Source: Marsupella aquatica
Taxonomy: Eukaryota; Plantae; Marchantiophyta
Length of the DNA stretch: 64,000 nt
Assembly: GCA_973895155.1 (NCBI GenBank)
Contig: OZ316892.1
Location: 2,235,223 to 2,299,222, forward strand
Direction of reading: 5' to 3'
Positions 45,171 through 59,295 of this stretch are shown here, one piece after another. The notes under the pieces are model-generated. The model made no database searches. It worked only from the letters and a program-made list of their open reading frames with translations, and was not told the DNA's origin. The translations under genes and the position numbers were made by a program. How positions within the stretch are numbered: the stretch's first letter is position 1; every line of letters begins with the position of its first letter.

Positions 45171-46447
45171 ACTCTAGAGAGAATAGAACTTGCTTCTCTA
45201 TCTTATTTGCAAGTTCTAATGTGCTGTCCACAAAGTTGAATCATGATGTTTCCACTACGATGACTTTCCGTTTGGTTCTTTTGTGCAAGATCCAATGTGC
45301 TATCCACGAAGTGCAAGCAGGACGTTTCAATAGAAACGACGAAGACTTTCCCCTCTGATTCTGTATTTTCACCTACAGACGAAAGGACAGATAGATGTAA
45401 AGTCGCCATAACATGCTCGGAAATTGGGACACTGATCTCCGTGCCAGAAATTGGCATCTGAAAATTTAACCATGCAAACAGGTTCGGAACAGTTCGCCCA
45501 CTGCACCAATTCAATTCAACTGATACAAGAATCCACTTAATTGATCCAATAACCCGGCCTTAGAGCTGGGACATGAACTGCAACAATATAACAAACGGTA
45601 TGCTGCTGTATATTTAGCTGTCAAGCAGTTATATTTTCTCCTCTGCTACGTTTAAGTGACCAGGTATAAAAGTTTGCCCAGCCACTGATGCGAATCGCAT
45701 CCATCATTGACGCGTCCCAGGCCAATTGATTTTGCTGTGAAGAACACTGTGAATGCAAATTGACATTTCTCACCAGACTGCATCACATTTAAATACCATG
45801 GACGATGGGCAAGGTCTGGAGAATTGAACTTACATACACAACTTGAAAGTATGCGCAACAAAAGTGCGCACCTGCTATTCATGTTATTGATCTACAAGTA
45901 TGCAACCTTCTTTGGCACATTCAGGTCAACCCAGCCTTATTTGGCTAAAAAGAGCAAGGCATTGCGAAAAGAAGTACAGTACAATGCCACCGATCACACC
46001 TTTGGCAAATAGACGTAGGACTAAACTATATCTATTTTGCCCTATTCAACTCATTCCTGTGAGCTGTCACCAATTTTCTTCACCCTCCAAACTGGAGAGT
46101 ACATTTGGTCATAATTATGTACAATGTCTCACCTTATTCAGGTCAAGGAGAATCACCCCTTCTGCTTTTTTAATAGAGTAATCAGATTCCGATTTTGTAA
46201 CAAATTATCGCGGCAAAATTACTCACGGCTTCGGTCTCAAAAGATCCAAGCTCGTGATTACTACTACACTGCACAAAGTGCATGGAGGTGGACAGCCTCA
46301 CAAGCACTCTTTCTGGCATCAATTGGAGCTCTATAAAAACAGAATCAGCTAATGTCAAAAGTCCCTCTCACCTACCCCACTGTCGATTATTTCTGAACCA
46401 GAAGCCAGAGGTCTTGGTGCTTTAGTGGCAATGAATTGCACCTTAGC

Positions 46448-49400
46448 TCAATCACTGAGCTCGGCAACAGGGGTTGTCAATTCCATTTGGCGAACCCACA
46501 TCCTCTCGTAGAAAGGGCCATCATAACGTTGCAGTGAATCCGGGTCCTCAGCGAAACAGACATAATAAGTGCCTACTGCGCTCTCCAGAACGGCCATTGT
46601 GATGTACGTCTGCAATCGTGCAGTGCAGATTGACCGAGGCCAAAGATCAGAGTTGTACCAGACGAGAGAATAGGTACATCTTGCGCAAGGTTAAAATATT
46701 CAATTACCAAGTGGATGTACCAGATAAGATTCTCTAGTCAGTTCTCTTCTCGAGTTATATGGCTGAAGGTAGTACTTGCTTGACAATAATATGTCCAAAA
46801 GATTAAGCTCAATTTTTCGAATACACAAAAACACCAGTCGAAGCATAGAAGTACTTACAAGCAGAGAACCAATTAGGTACGAAACGACAGTGATAATAAT
46901 GGTGAGACTCTTGTGAGCCACGAACGTATAAATGCCTCCCACCAGAGCACTTAGGGAACCACCAATTCCACAAGCCAACATGAGAATGGTACTAGTAAGA
47001 TCGTCATCGACAAGGACATCAACTTGTTGCGCTCGAAGCATATCCCAGGTGTCCCTCGATGCCCTTAGAAATGGCTTCCCATAAATAGCAACCTGCCGCA
47101 AAGATAAGTTCTGTAGTGGGTACAAGATTCTGAATATGGGAAAGGCCATGTCATTATACGTTTTCTCTGCGGTTAATGGTCAGCTTGCTACATCGAAGTC
47201 CTCCAACGCTAAGCCAGTCCTTCTAGAGCTCATTTTACATTTTATATCCACAATATATGAAAAGATTTGCTGAACTAGATCCTCATGCAACAAGTGAAAT
47301 TGCCGTCCGTTTCAAGTCTAGCAATATGAAACAGAAAAACTATACCTGAATGTAAGCCAATTTGTTGAAATACCGAATCAGATTTTCATAAACGGCTAAA
47401 AAGCACACCACGCACGAAAACAAAAACTCGCTGGCTCCTGCTTGTGAATTAACGCGTCGCAACTACATCACGACAAAGACCATGGTTAGACAGATGATGC
47501 AATCCGCGTCTAAGTCTTCGTTTAGCGCAGTTGCAGGTTTGCAATACATTCCTTCGAAACCGACCAATACACACACTCAGGCCTATTTCTCGAATTTGAG
47601 GCAATAAAAGTTAGCTTGAATCTAAAGGTGCATATCACTGATGTCTTTACTTATCTTCATTGACTGATAACAAGTCACAGGATAGACTACCATGGACATT
47701 GACCAGTGGGAACATGTTATTGTTTATGTACTAAGCCTGGGTTGACGTTGGGAAGGTTAAGCGCAGATGACCCAAAAATACCAAAGGTTAAGATGCAGAG
47801 AGTTTGGGGATTAGGGTTTACGGTTTAAGCTGAGAACTCACCCAATGACATGGAGCCTCGACAAGTGGAACTACGAAAGATCCAAAGCAAATACTCCCTA
47901 ACGATGTAGTGCAGGCTCGAAGAAGGGCGATAGGAGTCGCCATGAGTGGCATATTCTTCTCCTGGAAATAAAACAAACCCACTGTCCCCGCAACAGTGAC
48001 ACGGACTATGTTGCGGAAAACTTGCATGGTCCAGACCAGGCTTGCAATAAATCCAGCCATAATCAGAGCATGCCGGGGCCGGATACCAGACCCCGAGAAA
48101 CCAAATATCCAGATTGCCATCCAACCAAGTGACACGAGTAGAAAGCTGTATGATACACCGTAGGTGGAAGGGTACGTGTTACAAACTAAGACGACTTTCT
48201 TCAGCATTTCACCTGCGAAAGGAATCCTGAAATCATGAGAGGAAAATGTCAGTAGTGGAAACAGGGACTGGTTCAAGAATTGGCACTCTTTCTCAGTAGG
48301 TGCACACAAGAGTAACGTTCGCAAATTCTTGAAGGAAATCATTGCACTCAGAAAGCACCTCGACTCAACAATTTACAAACCCATATTAAACAGTTTTCTT
48401 CCGGGTTTTGTGAAACGTTAATTTCGTTGATCCTTCTCCAGAACCAAATAGAAAAACACTCTCATACGGGTTTCAAGCAAGATGTTGGTTAACCCCGTTG
48501 TTCTGGTACAATATAGTACTTACAAGAAACTTTTATAAAGAAGGCAGAATTTTATGGAGCGCAATGGTGACGATTCAAAAACAGGAATTCGCTACGAAGA
48601 AAACCTCTGCCTGCGCAATCGAATTAGAAAAATGGATATATAGGACTATTAGACATGTTCCCACCTTTCACGGACAACAAATGCGTAGAGGGCCTGACAG
48701 AGCCCTGCAAAGGCGAAAACGATTCCTATGAGCCCAAGAGTCTTTCCAGTTGCTATCAGAACAATGCCGACCAGAACCATGAGCGCCGCTCCTGTCCAAA
48801 CTGTAACAAGGATCATGGGCACTGGGGCCATTCTTATAGCGTTTTGCCACATGATGGCAAAAACTGCCCCAGTAATAGCTGCTGCACCGAGCTGGGGTAA
48901 CCAGTCATTGATATGGAACGTATGCGGTACACTGTAGTGCTGTATAGTATGTGTCAACCCCTGCAAGCCAAAAATGATACACAGAGCTGCAATGCCTCCA
49001 ATCTGAAGGAGGAAGAACAATCCAGCCCACATATCCTTCCATGCACCACCACTTGAACTCCCAGGGTTACCTCGGTGAGGTGCAACCGCCTGCGAATGGC
49101 ATCCAAATGATCACATAAATCATGCAAATAATGTGAAAGTGTTCGTACCCGATCCGTAGGAAGAACGACATGTACTAACCTCCAAGCAAAAATAAGCAAG
49201 CCGTCGTTTCATCCATTCTAGACACAATAAGGTTAGGATTACTACTACCTCGTGTTTCTTGAAGGTAATGAACTGCATTAAAGTCGCATCGCCTTACTTT
49301 CCAATCCTCTCTTTTCATTTTTCGTATCCTAGTTCACTGCTTTACGTGCGAGGGATTTTTCTCTCATAGCTGACAATGTCTAGAACTATACACTTGATGT

Positions 49401-52400
49401 CTCGTGGGTTTTAGGCAGAGTAGACATTTAGGGACATTCATCTGTTGGCGTTGAATCTCAGCTCACTTCTGTAAAGCGCAACCCAGAACAGGATGTCTTT
49501 CTGCTTGTAGTTGGAATAGGGTTTGACGATTGAACGATACATCTATTTACAGTAGACTATGCTTAGAAATCCTCACGATGACAGCCCTTGGCGTAACTTC
49601 GTATTGAGCTTCTTGAAGGTGATCTACCATCTTACTCATTCTGCAATATCCTACTGGATGAAGGTCCTCATCCTTCTTCAAGCACAAACAAAAGACACCT
49701 CAATCTAGTACTAAAATCGCTTCAGCCAATAGTTGGGTTTCCGCAGAACTCATTCATCAGCATTCCCTAGCCAGCATTCCCTAGCCAGCAGACCCTAGTT
49801 ATCTTGTAAATCAGATTCACGAAGACTCCTGCGGTAATAGCGTATATTATTCATTAATATTTCGTAACCTCCAATGGGTTTGTACCTAGCAATTTGCGCT
49901 CAGACTTTACATTTTGAGACTTTACAGCTACAGAATTGACTTCCCTGGGCTTAGGTAACACTTCTGCTCTTGAGTTTGAACATTAGTTCCGTTCTTCATA
50001 CCTAAGATTCTAAAAATTTTACATATGAGGATTGTCAGAAACCAACCTTCAGCGTGTCGTCGAGCTCGATGGGCACAACGTCTGCAGTAAAGATGGCATC
50101 ATGTTCCGGACCAGGACGACGTGGCGGTGGTTCTCGCGGGGGAGTACGAGCAGTGTATCCACTTGGCTGTTTCTTTTGAGAACGATAAAACAGGAAGTCA
50201 GGAATAGGAGGAGAGCCCCCAGGCCCACCATGGCCAGGACCACCGAGAGGAACTCGCTGAGGCGTGGCATAGCCGGGAGGGATACCGAGAAGAGGAGCTT
50301 CTCCTCCTTGCCCGAGGCCTGGAGGAGGTGGACGATAACCCTCTCGCGGAGGTGTGGCATGAGGTGGCAGTGCTGCATAGATATCAGGAGAAGACTCAAA
50401 TCTGCCACCTAAACCACCATAACGTGGGGAAGTAGACCCGAGAGGACCACCAAACATGTCGGGAGGGGAGCCATCTTGAGTTTGGAGCGGAACTGGGTCA
50501 GCCCCAGAATATCTAACTAGCCCGGGTGGGGATGAACCTGTTGAGGATCCTCTGCCAGGAGAAGGCCGGCGAGCTAGTGCTCCTGCGTAAACATCAGAAG
50601 GAAACCGAGGCGGAGTCCCTGGGGGCAGTCCAGAATCACCATGAGGTGGAGCACCGGAGCGGAATCCTTCTGGTTGTTGTCGAGGAGGCGTGCCAATGCC
50701 TATATATCCAGGAGAGCCTGGAGGAGGGCCTGGAGGAGGGCCTCCGGGAAATTGACGGGGACCGAATCCTGGCGTTACAGGCTCTGGAGGAGGTCCACGC
50801 GGACCTTGGCGTTCAGCAATGTCCTCCGCATACGCTGCAAGACCAACTCCAGCAGCACCGGCCCCAGCTGAAGCTGCAAATTGACGAGGTTCTGTTCCCA
50901 ATCTGCCTGGAGGATTTTCTTTGTAGCCTGGTGAACCTTGGGGACCCACGGGGCCTGGACCACCTTGAGGACCTTGGGGAGAGGCAGCTGTGAATTGTCG
51001 AGGAGGAGGAGGAGGAGGAGCACCTGAAAATCTTCCTGGAGGGTCCTCTGCCCTTGTGGGTGTAGATCCTTGAGGGGACGGTCGAGGACGAAGTGCACCA
51101 CCTTCAAATCTTGGTGGAGGAGAGATATCCCCTCTATCATCATATCCACCTCTAGGACCACCATCTGGAGGACTGGGAGGAGAGCCTCGTCGAGGAGAGC
51201 CTCCAAATCTCCTTCGAGCCTCGTCAGCATAGCGCGGAGAAGAATCATCATGGAATTGATGCGGAGAGCCTCTAAATCTACGAGGCGGGTCTTCTCCATA
51301 GCCTGGACTTGGAGGAGACCTCTCATACGGCTGTTGAGAAGCAGCACCTCCGAATCTTCGAGGACCCTCGTCTGCATATCGTGTTGGCGGTGAGTCATCA
51401 TCTGCATATCTTCTGAATTGCCGAGGGGAGCCCCCAAATCTACGAGGAGATTCATCTACAAATCCACCGGGAGGTAGAGGAGGAGGACGGAAATATCCTG
51501 GGGGAGGGCTGGGACTTTCGCTTTCTGAATGGTATGGCCTGTGAAATGCTGGAGGCCCACCAGGTCTGCGAGGAGCTTCGTCTCGAAATCCAGGGGGAGG
51601 AGGACCATCAATGTCATCTGGTAGAGGTGCATCTTCAGCAAAAGGACGTGACAAAGACCCTCCTACAGGGTACCTGCGTGGTGCTTCTTCAGAATATCTA
51701 TATGGAGGGCTGTCCTCTGGCGATAAATAATGTGGAGGGTTTGGTCTTCTGCTAGCGAACCTGCGTGGAGGGCTCTCTTGGTAACCTGGAGGAACCCCTT
51801 CGAGGTACCGTTGCGGAGGGCTATCACCTATAAATCTCCGAGTTGAAGGTGGACTCAAGCCATGCGGAGGGAAGCCGCCACGAGGTGGGCTCTCTAAATA
51901 GCTAGGTCGGTCTTCAAAGTGTACTGCCCTGCGAGGCGCTACTGGAGGAGGACGTCGAGGAGGAGGCCTCATGGGTGGTGGTCGAATCACCGGGAATTCT
52001 TCAGGAGGAGAGCCTCTCCTGAATGCCTGTCAGACAAATCAGGCACGAGAAATTCAATTGTGAACATCAGTAAGGCATCCAATTAGCTAACTACATTGGT
52101 CGCTCACTTCTGGGCGGGACTACAAAAGAATGCAATTCGTGTGGCTATCGCTGGGTTCAGACATCACTTAAAACAGAGCATCTTTAACAAAGATTCCAGC
52201 TTGCAAATCTCCATCTTGACTGGACTGGGACACCTGGGATTTCCAACAAATTCGTAAACAAAAGATCTTCGTCGACGACTCCATTAACTGATGAGCAGAA
52301 ACAATCCCAAAAGTTCACTATCCTCACCCTGGATTCGTAAACCACCAAACCTCAAGGAACGCTCTAACCATTTTCAGGAGTCAATTTCACTGAATCCCCC

Positions 52401-52459
52401 TCTCCTAAATCGGAATACAATAGGAAACTTTTGGAGTGTGGAGATTAGGTGATTACCAT
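46448..52459 (-). CDS. Choline transporter-like (CTL/PNS1-type) membrane protein with a long Pro-rich N-terminus; exons 52459-52457 (ATG only), 52026-50047, 49089-48665, 48226-47842, 47462-47346, 47092-46859, 46609-46448; ~1101 aa
   Basis: CTL-family motifs WKDMWAGLFF, RIPFA, TTSLGSICFGS, YFNKLAYIQVAIYGKPFLRASRDTW and YVCFAEDP. Spliced frame totals 3306 nt. Joining of the Pro-rich exon relies on phase-0 GT-AG sites. Confidence 0.85.
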
Positions 52460-54488
52460 GATTCAGCTACCAAGGTGCAATCACCTCCCCCTGTGGTAGC
52501 CCACTCCTTCGCAGTTCATGTCCCCGCAGGTGAGATTGAAGTGCCTTTCATGAGCAGTCCATTCCTGTCGATATTCGATTTTCTGACCGTAAAGGCTGCG
52601 CGCACGGAAACCAATTTTAAGTTCCACGATAAGGAGGAAATTGTAACTCGGGTTCATTCAATTCATGAATCTGTTGGAGCACATAATGATTTCTCGCCTC
52701 CATAAGCAGTGGAGAAGCCACACCACACTGGAAGCCTCCATGCCCCGGGATCGCCGTAAGTTAGCAGGCCTTGCCATATCATCCGCGTAGCAAAGGCCAC
52801 ATAAAACCTCTACTTTTTCCCAAATTCTATCCTCGTAGCACACGCTGTAAGAGCTCGGCCTGTCCTCTCGTCCAAAACCATCCTCGGACTAAAACCATCC
52901 TCCACTTAGTACAGAGAAAACAGAATTTCCGATTTCAGTCCCAGTACGCGCAAAGGACAGTTAAGAAGGAATTGACTTCCGCCCCGCGACCATTTTCCCG
53001 TTGCTGGAGGACACATGGACAGAAATTTCAGTGTACTTCCGAATACACTAGATGCGGATGGGTACAGGTTTGAAAGCGAAGATTGGGGAAGTTGTTGTTG
53101 TTTTTTCTGTTGAAGTGCTCCAATCGTCCTTGCTCGTAACGGATACCCCCAAGTATGAACATTTCATGCAGTCTACGATTAACAACAAATGTTTAAGTGG
53201 CATAAAAGGGTGAGAAACCGTGCTCACTGGGTCACCATCGCATAAATCTGGAAACTTGTCCTCAATCAGTGAGATGCTCCTGGTATTAGAAAAAAATATC
53301 TTTCTCGATCAAGTGAATTTCGGATGTTGACTTCGACCTTGACCGAAAAAGCCGTTCACAAGATCAGTGTGGGCGCGGGGAGAGAGGCGGTGCGGGGAAC
53401 GAGCATGTTGTTCGATACTCCAACTGCTCTAATTTTGGGCAGCTCGATTCGTAGTCCACTATGATTGTCTCCATCTTGCACCCACTCTTACTCGGAGGGC
53501 TACTCCAGCTGCTGCTGTCGGTGTATATCATGAAGGCCCTCTGTTTCTGTCTAGCAGAATTCTCTACGACGAGTCCAGGTGTGCGGCTAAAAACCTTTCC
53601 CTGTTTAAAGAATGTTTACGAAAAACAGAAACAAAAATCTCTTCAAAGAGCGCACGCACATTATTACCTCATTCGCTTGCCTGGGAGTGGCGCTTGCAGC
53701 AAATCACCGAGCCGCGCCTGCCCACCACCAGTCACAGAGCTTCTGGTATTGCTACTACACCTCAGATCGCAAAATTGAACCACCGTCATGATCAAATCAA
53801 GGAAGAAAAACCAACTTGGCGAGCGGAAATTATGCCCGTTCTCCTCGACCTGCAACAGATCGCTACGTCCTCGTCGTCGCTGCGAAAAGCGTTACTGGCT
53901 GACAAGCCCGTTGTCCCAACCCCATCGCCAACTGCTGCTGCTGCTGCTCCCATCTCCCTAAACTCCCCTCCGTCCTTCTCCTCTCTGCCTCTCCTCTACG
54001 CGGAGCTGGAAAGGAACCCTTCATCACTCTTCCCGTTTCTTCCTACTCCACGAGCCCAGAACGGAAGGGGCATAGCCACCTGCAAAATCTCTGTCGCCCT
54101 CGTACAGTTTCTCTTTCAATCATCGAAGTGAAATGACTTTCATTTCACGGGCGCACGCAAATAAAATGTCGCCCTTTTGGGCACTGCATAGTCAATCTGT
54201 CTGCGCCGGAGCATCCCCGTTTACTCTGGCATCCATGGGGGGCTCGACAGGCCTACACTCTTCCTCCTTTTGGAATCATCAGGACTGAACTTTCTCGACT
54301 TCCACCCAAAGAATAGACTACCTCATTAGAGTGCTCAGGACTGAAACGGGTTTTACTTGGCTTCCTTCATCCAGCAGGGCAGAGGCGGAAACTGGGCTCA
54401 AAAGCGAATGATGCAGAGGACACGAGCCAAAGCAGCAGCACTGGAGCAGGGACACGACGCCGTCACGGCGCAACGTAGTATGCGACAG

Positions 54489-55555
54489 GACTACCACTCT
54501 ACTGCTGTAGTTCTTAGGGTCTAAGTGCACGCTTCTTGAAAGATGCTCAAGTCTTGCACTTATCCATAGTAGGCCTACTTGCATGTTGGCGGCCCCTCAA
54601 GCTGTGGGCCCTTTGCACTCCCGAAATTGCACAATCCAGATTCTCACGAGTAGATGCTTAGCAAGAGCTTAGGAAGTGTGCAGTAGATGCTTAACAAGAG
54701 TGCAGAAGTCCTTACTGCTATGGCTGTTAGGGTCTAAGTGCATGGTCACTGAAAGATGCTCAAGTCTTGCACTTATCCATAGAATGCTGACTTGCATGTT
54801 GGCTGCCCTCAAGCTGTGGGCCCTTTACACTCCGAAATTTCACTATCTAGATTGTCATGAGTATATGCTTAGCAAGAGTGCATAAGTCCTTAGTGCTATG
54901 GTTCTTAGGGTCTAAGTGCATACTCACTGAAAGATGCTCAAATATTGCACTTATCCATAGTATGCCAACTTGGGTGTCGGCAACCGTCAAGCTGTGGGCC
55001 CTTTGCACTCCCGAAATTGCACAATCTACTGTAGATTCTCAAGTGTAGATGCTTAGCAAGAGTGCACATAACCCTTAAGTGCCCACTTGTTTTTATTTTG
55101 TCATTTAGTATCTTTGTTTTCTTTTTGATTGTGATTTCAATGTGCTGGATCTCAAGGGCAGCAAAAGTACTTTTCGTGCCCCTTATTTTTGATTTTGTCA
55201 TTTTGTACCTATGTTTCTTTTGTTTTTCTGTGATTTCAATAGCTGGACCTCAAGGGCCTCAAACGTCCTTTCCATGCCTCTATTTTTATTTTTGTCATTT
55301 TGTATCTCTGTTTTCGGTTTAATTGTGATTTCAATATGCTCGACCTCAAGGGCCTCACAAGTCCTTTTCGTGCTCCGTATTTTTATTTTTTGTCAGTTAG
55401 TATCTTTGCTTTTTGTTTTATTGTGATTTCAACGTTCTGGACCCGAAGGACCGGAAACTGGAGTATGCGAGAGTACTACCACTCTACTGCTATAATTTTC
55501 AGGGTCTAAGTGCATACTCTCTGGAAGATGCCCAAGTCTTGCTCTAATCCAGTAT
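54489..55555. repeat. Composite tandem array: three ~180-220 bp units, then ~4 AT-rich ~85-bp units, then a partial copy of the first unit
   Basis: agggtctaagtgca...aagatgc.caa at ~54515, 54729, 54907 and 55501. tgtgatttcaa...ctcaagggc repeats at 55080-55460. Confidence 0.88.
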
Positions 55556-56554
55556 GCACTACCCCAGTAAATCAAAGAGCCAACTTGAATGCGGGCTGCC
55601 TTTTTGCGGTGTCTGTATTTTCTATTGCACAGAGTTTTTCATACAAAAGAGATCCCTATGATACTTAGGCCAACCATATAGCCACCAACCCTCCCCCACT
55701 CAGGTCTGACTAGCCTAATTGCCTCTTCCTTGAACGTATAGATATTAACACCAAAACAGCTTGCAAAAAAAGGTCAATGATATTTGCCCCATCCCTGTTA
55801 TCTGCTCACCCTCACTTTGTCCTTATTTAGAGTCCAATTTTGTCCTTATTTGCAGTCACTGTCTAGAGATTCCGACCTTAGCCCTTGAAAGTATCTTATA
55901 TTTTAGATTTATTAATAATCTTAGGCCTCCAAGTCCCAATCGGCAGAAAACAATAGAAATCGACAAAATAATACTTTTTAACAGAAAGGAGATTCTACCG
56001 TAGCATTAGGTTTGCGCCCAAATTAATCAATAATATAAAATTTCAGTGCTTAGGAATTGCCTCTACGGTAGTCTTTGGTGGCAATGGAGTATATTTGCCT
56101 GAATTAACTACAATACGTGATTGGTTTTGTGTGTCTAGCCTTCTTTTGTTTATTGAAGTTTACTTGGCATAGGACTAAAATATATTTAGGGACCAAAAAC
56201 ACAAGAACCTAAACCACAGCTGCCATTATAAAAGGGCCCTGCCCCTACTCGACTTCATTTTGAGTCATAGATCTCCCCTATGGTGAACTAAAGGCATGAT
56301 ATTGATACTCAAAAGTCACAAACACACTATATGAGTCATGCCGGTTCCCCAAAGTACTTTAAACAGGTACTTGTTATTTAAGGGATGTTTTATGGTAACA
56401 AATCTTAGTGGATGCCCAGAGATGTTGTACATGGACCTTCTACTTATAAATTGTAGTAACAATCTTATTGGATGCCCAGAGAAGTAGTCTACGTAAGTTT
56501 GATCTGCAGATTGTAGTTCTGGGAGGAGGTATTTGCTTGATCGACCCCCAAAAT

Positions 56555-57336
56555 TGTTAGATATTGCTCTAGTCTTGTGACTCTTGTGCTAACCACAGTT
56601 AGGCTAACTCGGGTTAGGACCTAGCTAAGGTTAGCGGTAGTGCTGTTGTGCATATAGCCAGGGCTGATGCCAGACCCCGGTGGAACTTAGGCTCATTGTT
56701 ACGGAGCTAGTTGAGAGATAGGGAGAGCTTGTGCTGTGGATGCTTGGTATGGCCGGTCGGCCTAGACTGCAGTAAAGCTCTTGTGTGTTCCCGTGGACGT
56801 ATCTCTTGTGGAGGTGAACCACGTATCTCTCTGTGTCGACTATTGTGCGTTGGATGGTTCATGGGCTTGCCGTTGCGAATGTCGTCTATGCTCAACAAGT
56901 GGTAACAGAGCTAGATTGTCTAGAACTTCCCGCTGAGGATTCCATATGGTAGCATTTAGTCCAGTCCCCAAGACAAGAGTCAAGGGGGAGTTTGTTAGAT
57001 ATTGCTCTAGTCTTGTGACTCTTGTGCTAACCACAGTTAGGCTAACTCAGGTTAGGACCTAGCTAAGGTTAGTGGTAGTGCTGTTGTGCATATAGCCAGG
57101 GCTGATGCCAGACCCTGGTGGAACTTAGGCTCATTGTTACGGAGCTAGTTGAGAGATAGGGAGAGCTTGTGCTGTGGATGCTTGGTATGGCCGGTCGGCC
57201 TAGACTGCAGTAAAGCTCTTGTGTGTTCCCGTGGACGTAGCCTCATGTGGAGGTGAACCACGTATCTCTCTGTGTCGACTATTGTGCGTTGGATGGTTCA
57301 TGGGCTTGCCGTTGCGAATGTCGTCTATGCTCAACA
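56555..57336 (+). mobile_element. TRIM-like miniature LTR retrotransposon (LTRs 56555-56897 and 56993-57336, 95-bp internal region)
   Basis: TG...CA LTRs of 343 and 344 bp, nearly identical. PBS tggtaacagagc at 56900-56911; PPT aagggggag just before LTR2; 5-bp TSD AAAAT at 56550-56554 and 57337-57341. Confidence 0.95.
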
Positions 57337-59295
57337 AAAATGAAACTTGTTACTGGATCAACCCCCCGAGGTCTATCAACGGTCCAGATCTGAGATCGAA
57401 ATGTCCATCAACGGTCCAGGTTGGGGAAAAGTATGGAAGGGGTTGATTAAGCAAACTTTTTCCAGAAGGGGATCTAGTAAGCATATCTCTCTTCTGGGAG
57501 GGGTCCACATTTTTTATTCACATAAGAGCTTTCCTTTATATGAATGTTCACATTTTTTGGGTGTCCAAAAGTACTTTGGTCTACTACAGTCCATACGTCA
57601 AATGTGGTGGTCCATGGGAGCATCAGGTGTGCTTATTTGACTACCCTTTTCCTTGATTAAGTGGCTCATGGTAGCCCCTTTTTCCCCTGGGGCACTTTTA
57701 ATTTGGATAACGTTCAAGCACCACTGTAGCTACCTGTGCCTCTGTTGCGTGTCTCAGTAATGTTGGGCTGAAAATTGTCCCATTTGTCCATAAGCCTTAC
57801 AATATTACAATACTCTTCTATACATAAATGTTTGTGTGGGCTGTCGTAGAAAATGTACAGGCTATGGAAGATCCACGGCCTGCTGTTAGCCAAAAAGACT
57901 GGGCAAAAGTGTGGTCACCAACTGGGTGTACCACTTACTTTGAGTCTCTAGCCCGCAATGCAAACTCTCGCCCCCATTCTATGGCCTAGAGAGGCATGGC
58001 TTGGGCTGTAACTCACTCACTTGAGTGTAAATTGATGAGTCTTGGATTTAAATGTTGTAACTAACTCTTCTCTTGTGCGGGGTTTCACAAATTCACTTTA
58101 AAACATAAATAATTAAATAATTAAAAGGTCCCAGTCTATTCAAGTTTGAGACTCCCTAATGCACTACACGAACGTACTCCATGTCATTGGATTCCATTTT
58201 GGGCAAAGGGTAGGAGCCGTTGATCCCGGCAATTTGGGGTACTGTACAGATGCAGCTGGACCAATGTACCAGCGCTCAAGGAACGTGGCCCTAATGTCGT
58301 GACCCAACTCCACGGAAATTTATTTCGAAACATCAGTTGTCGTTCAGCGAAAACAAACGTAGACAGTATCAGACAGAGCATGTACACTACTGTCCTGTCC
58401 CCTCATGAGTTTTCGCATGTCACTGCGTCTATTACGAGCGAGCCTGAGAGATCTTGACGAAATAGATTCTGCACAACAGACTATTCTGGATCATTCAACA
58501 GTTCTGAATGCTTTCCACATAGATAGAATTTCTTTCGTCACAATGACCGAGTGGTGAAGAAAGCCCGGAAGGCCTAGAGAGTGGAATCGCCAGGCAGTCA
58601 CTCTGTTGACCTGCGGCTTCTCCTGACAACGTGCGAGGAAGAATGGGACGAGCGTGACGAAGGTAACATTGACCTTTCAAGGCAAAAAGACAGAATGCCG
58701 TTGGCCGAATGCAAGTAATTCATAGCCAGGAGCAAAAACGTGTCAACATTTGGGGTCCGCAGCTACTTCGAGTTCGTCCTGTCCTGTTGTAACCGGCCCA
58801 AATAGAGCATTTCTGATTTTCTCAATGTTCTCGTGGACGTACGGAGATGTTTCTCAACCCAATCTGCTCCGCAACTCCGAGGATAAAGCAGAGATGGTTT
58901 TGTAAAGTGGGTCGGTGAAGTGGATGGGTCGATCCAACTCAGCACTCATGCAGCGTTGGGATCTTGGGTGGAGGGCCCGCACTGGAGTCTGGAGAACTGA
59001 AATCCTCGATTGGATGTCGCTTGAACAGGTGGACCACATAAAAAGAATATAGAGGGCTATCGATGATTATTATGATGTATCCCATCATTGCCGTGCACGC
59101 AGTGCCGCCGTGACGTGAGCGTGAACTTGATAATATATCACCGAGGGATTTTTGCAAATCCCAACCCCCGCGATGCTCAGACGTGCTCTGAAAATTCATC
59201 TGACTTTGTTACAGTTGCAACGCGAAGTTATTTGCCTCTTCGTCCTTATGAGTTTTATGCTAGTTCAAGTTTTGATATAATTATGCCGCGAGCAA

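Noticed and set aside
50032-51755. Plus-strand and alternative-frame ORFs over the Pro-rich exon
   Set aside because: Shadow ORFs of GC-rich coding sequence.
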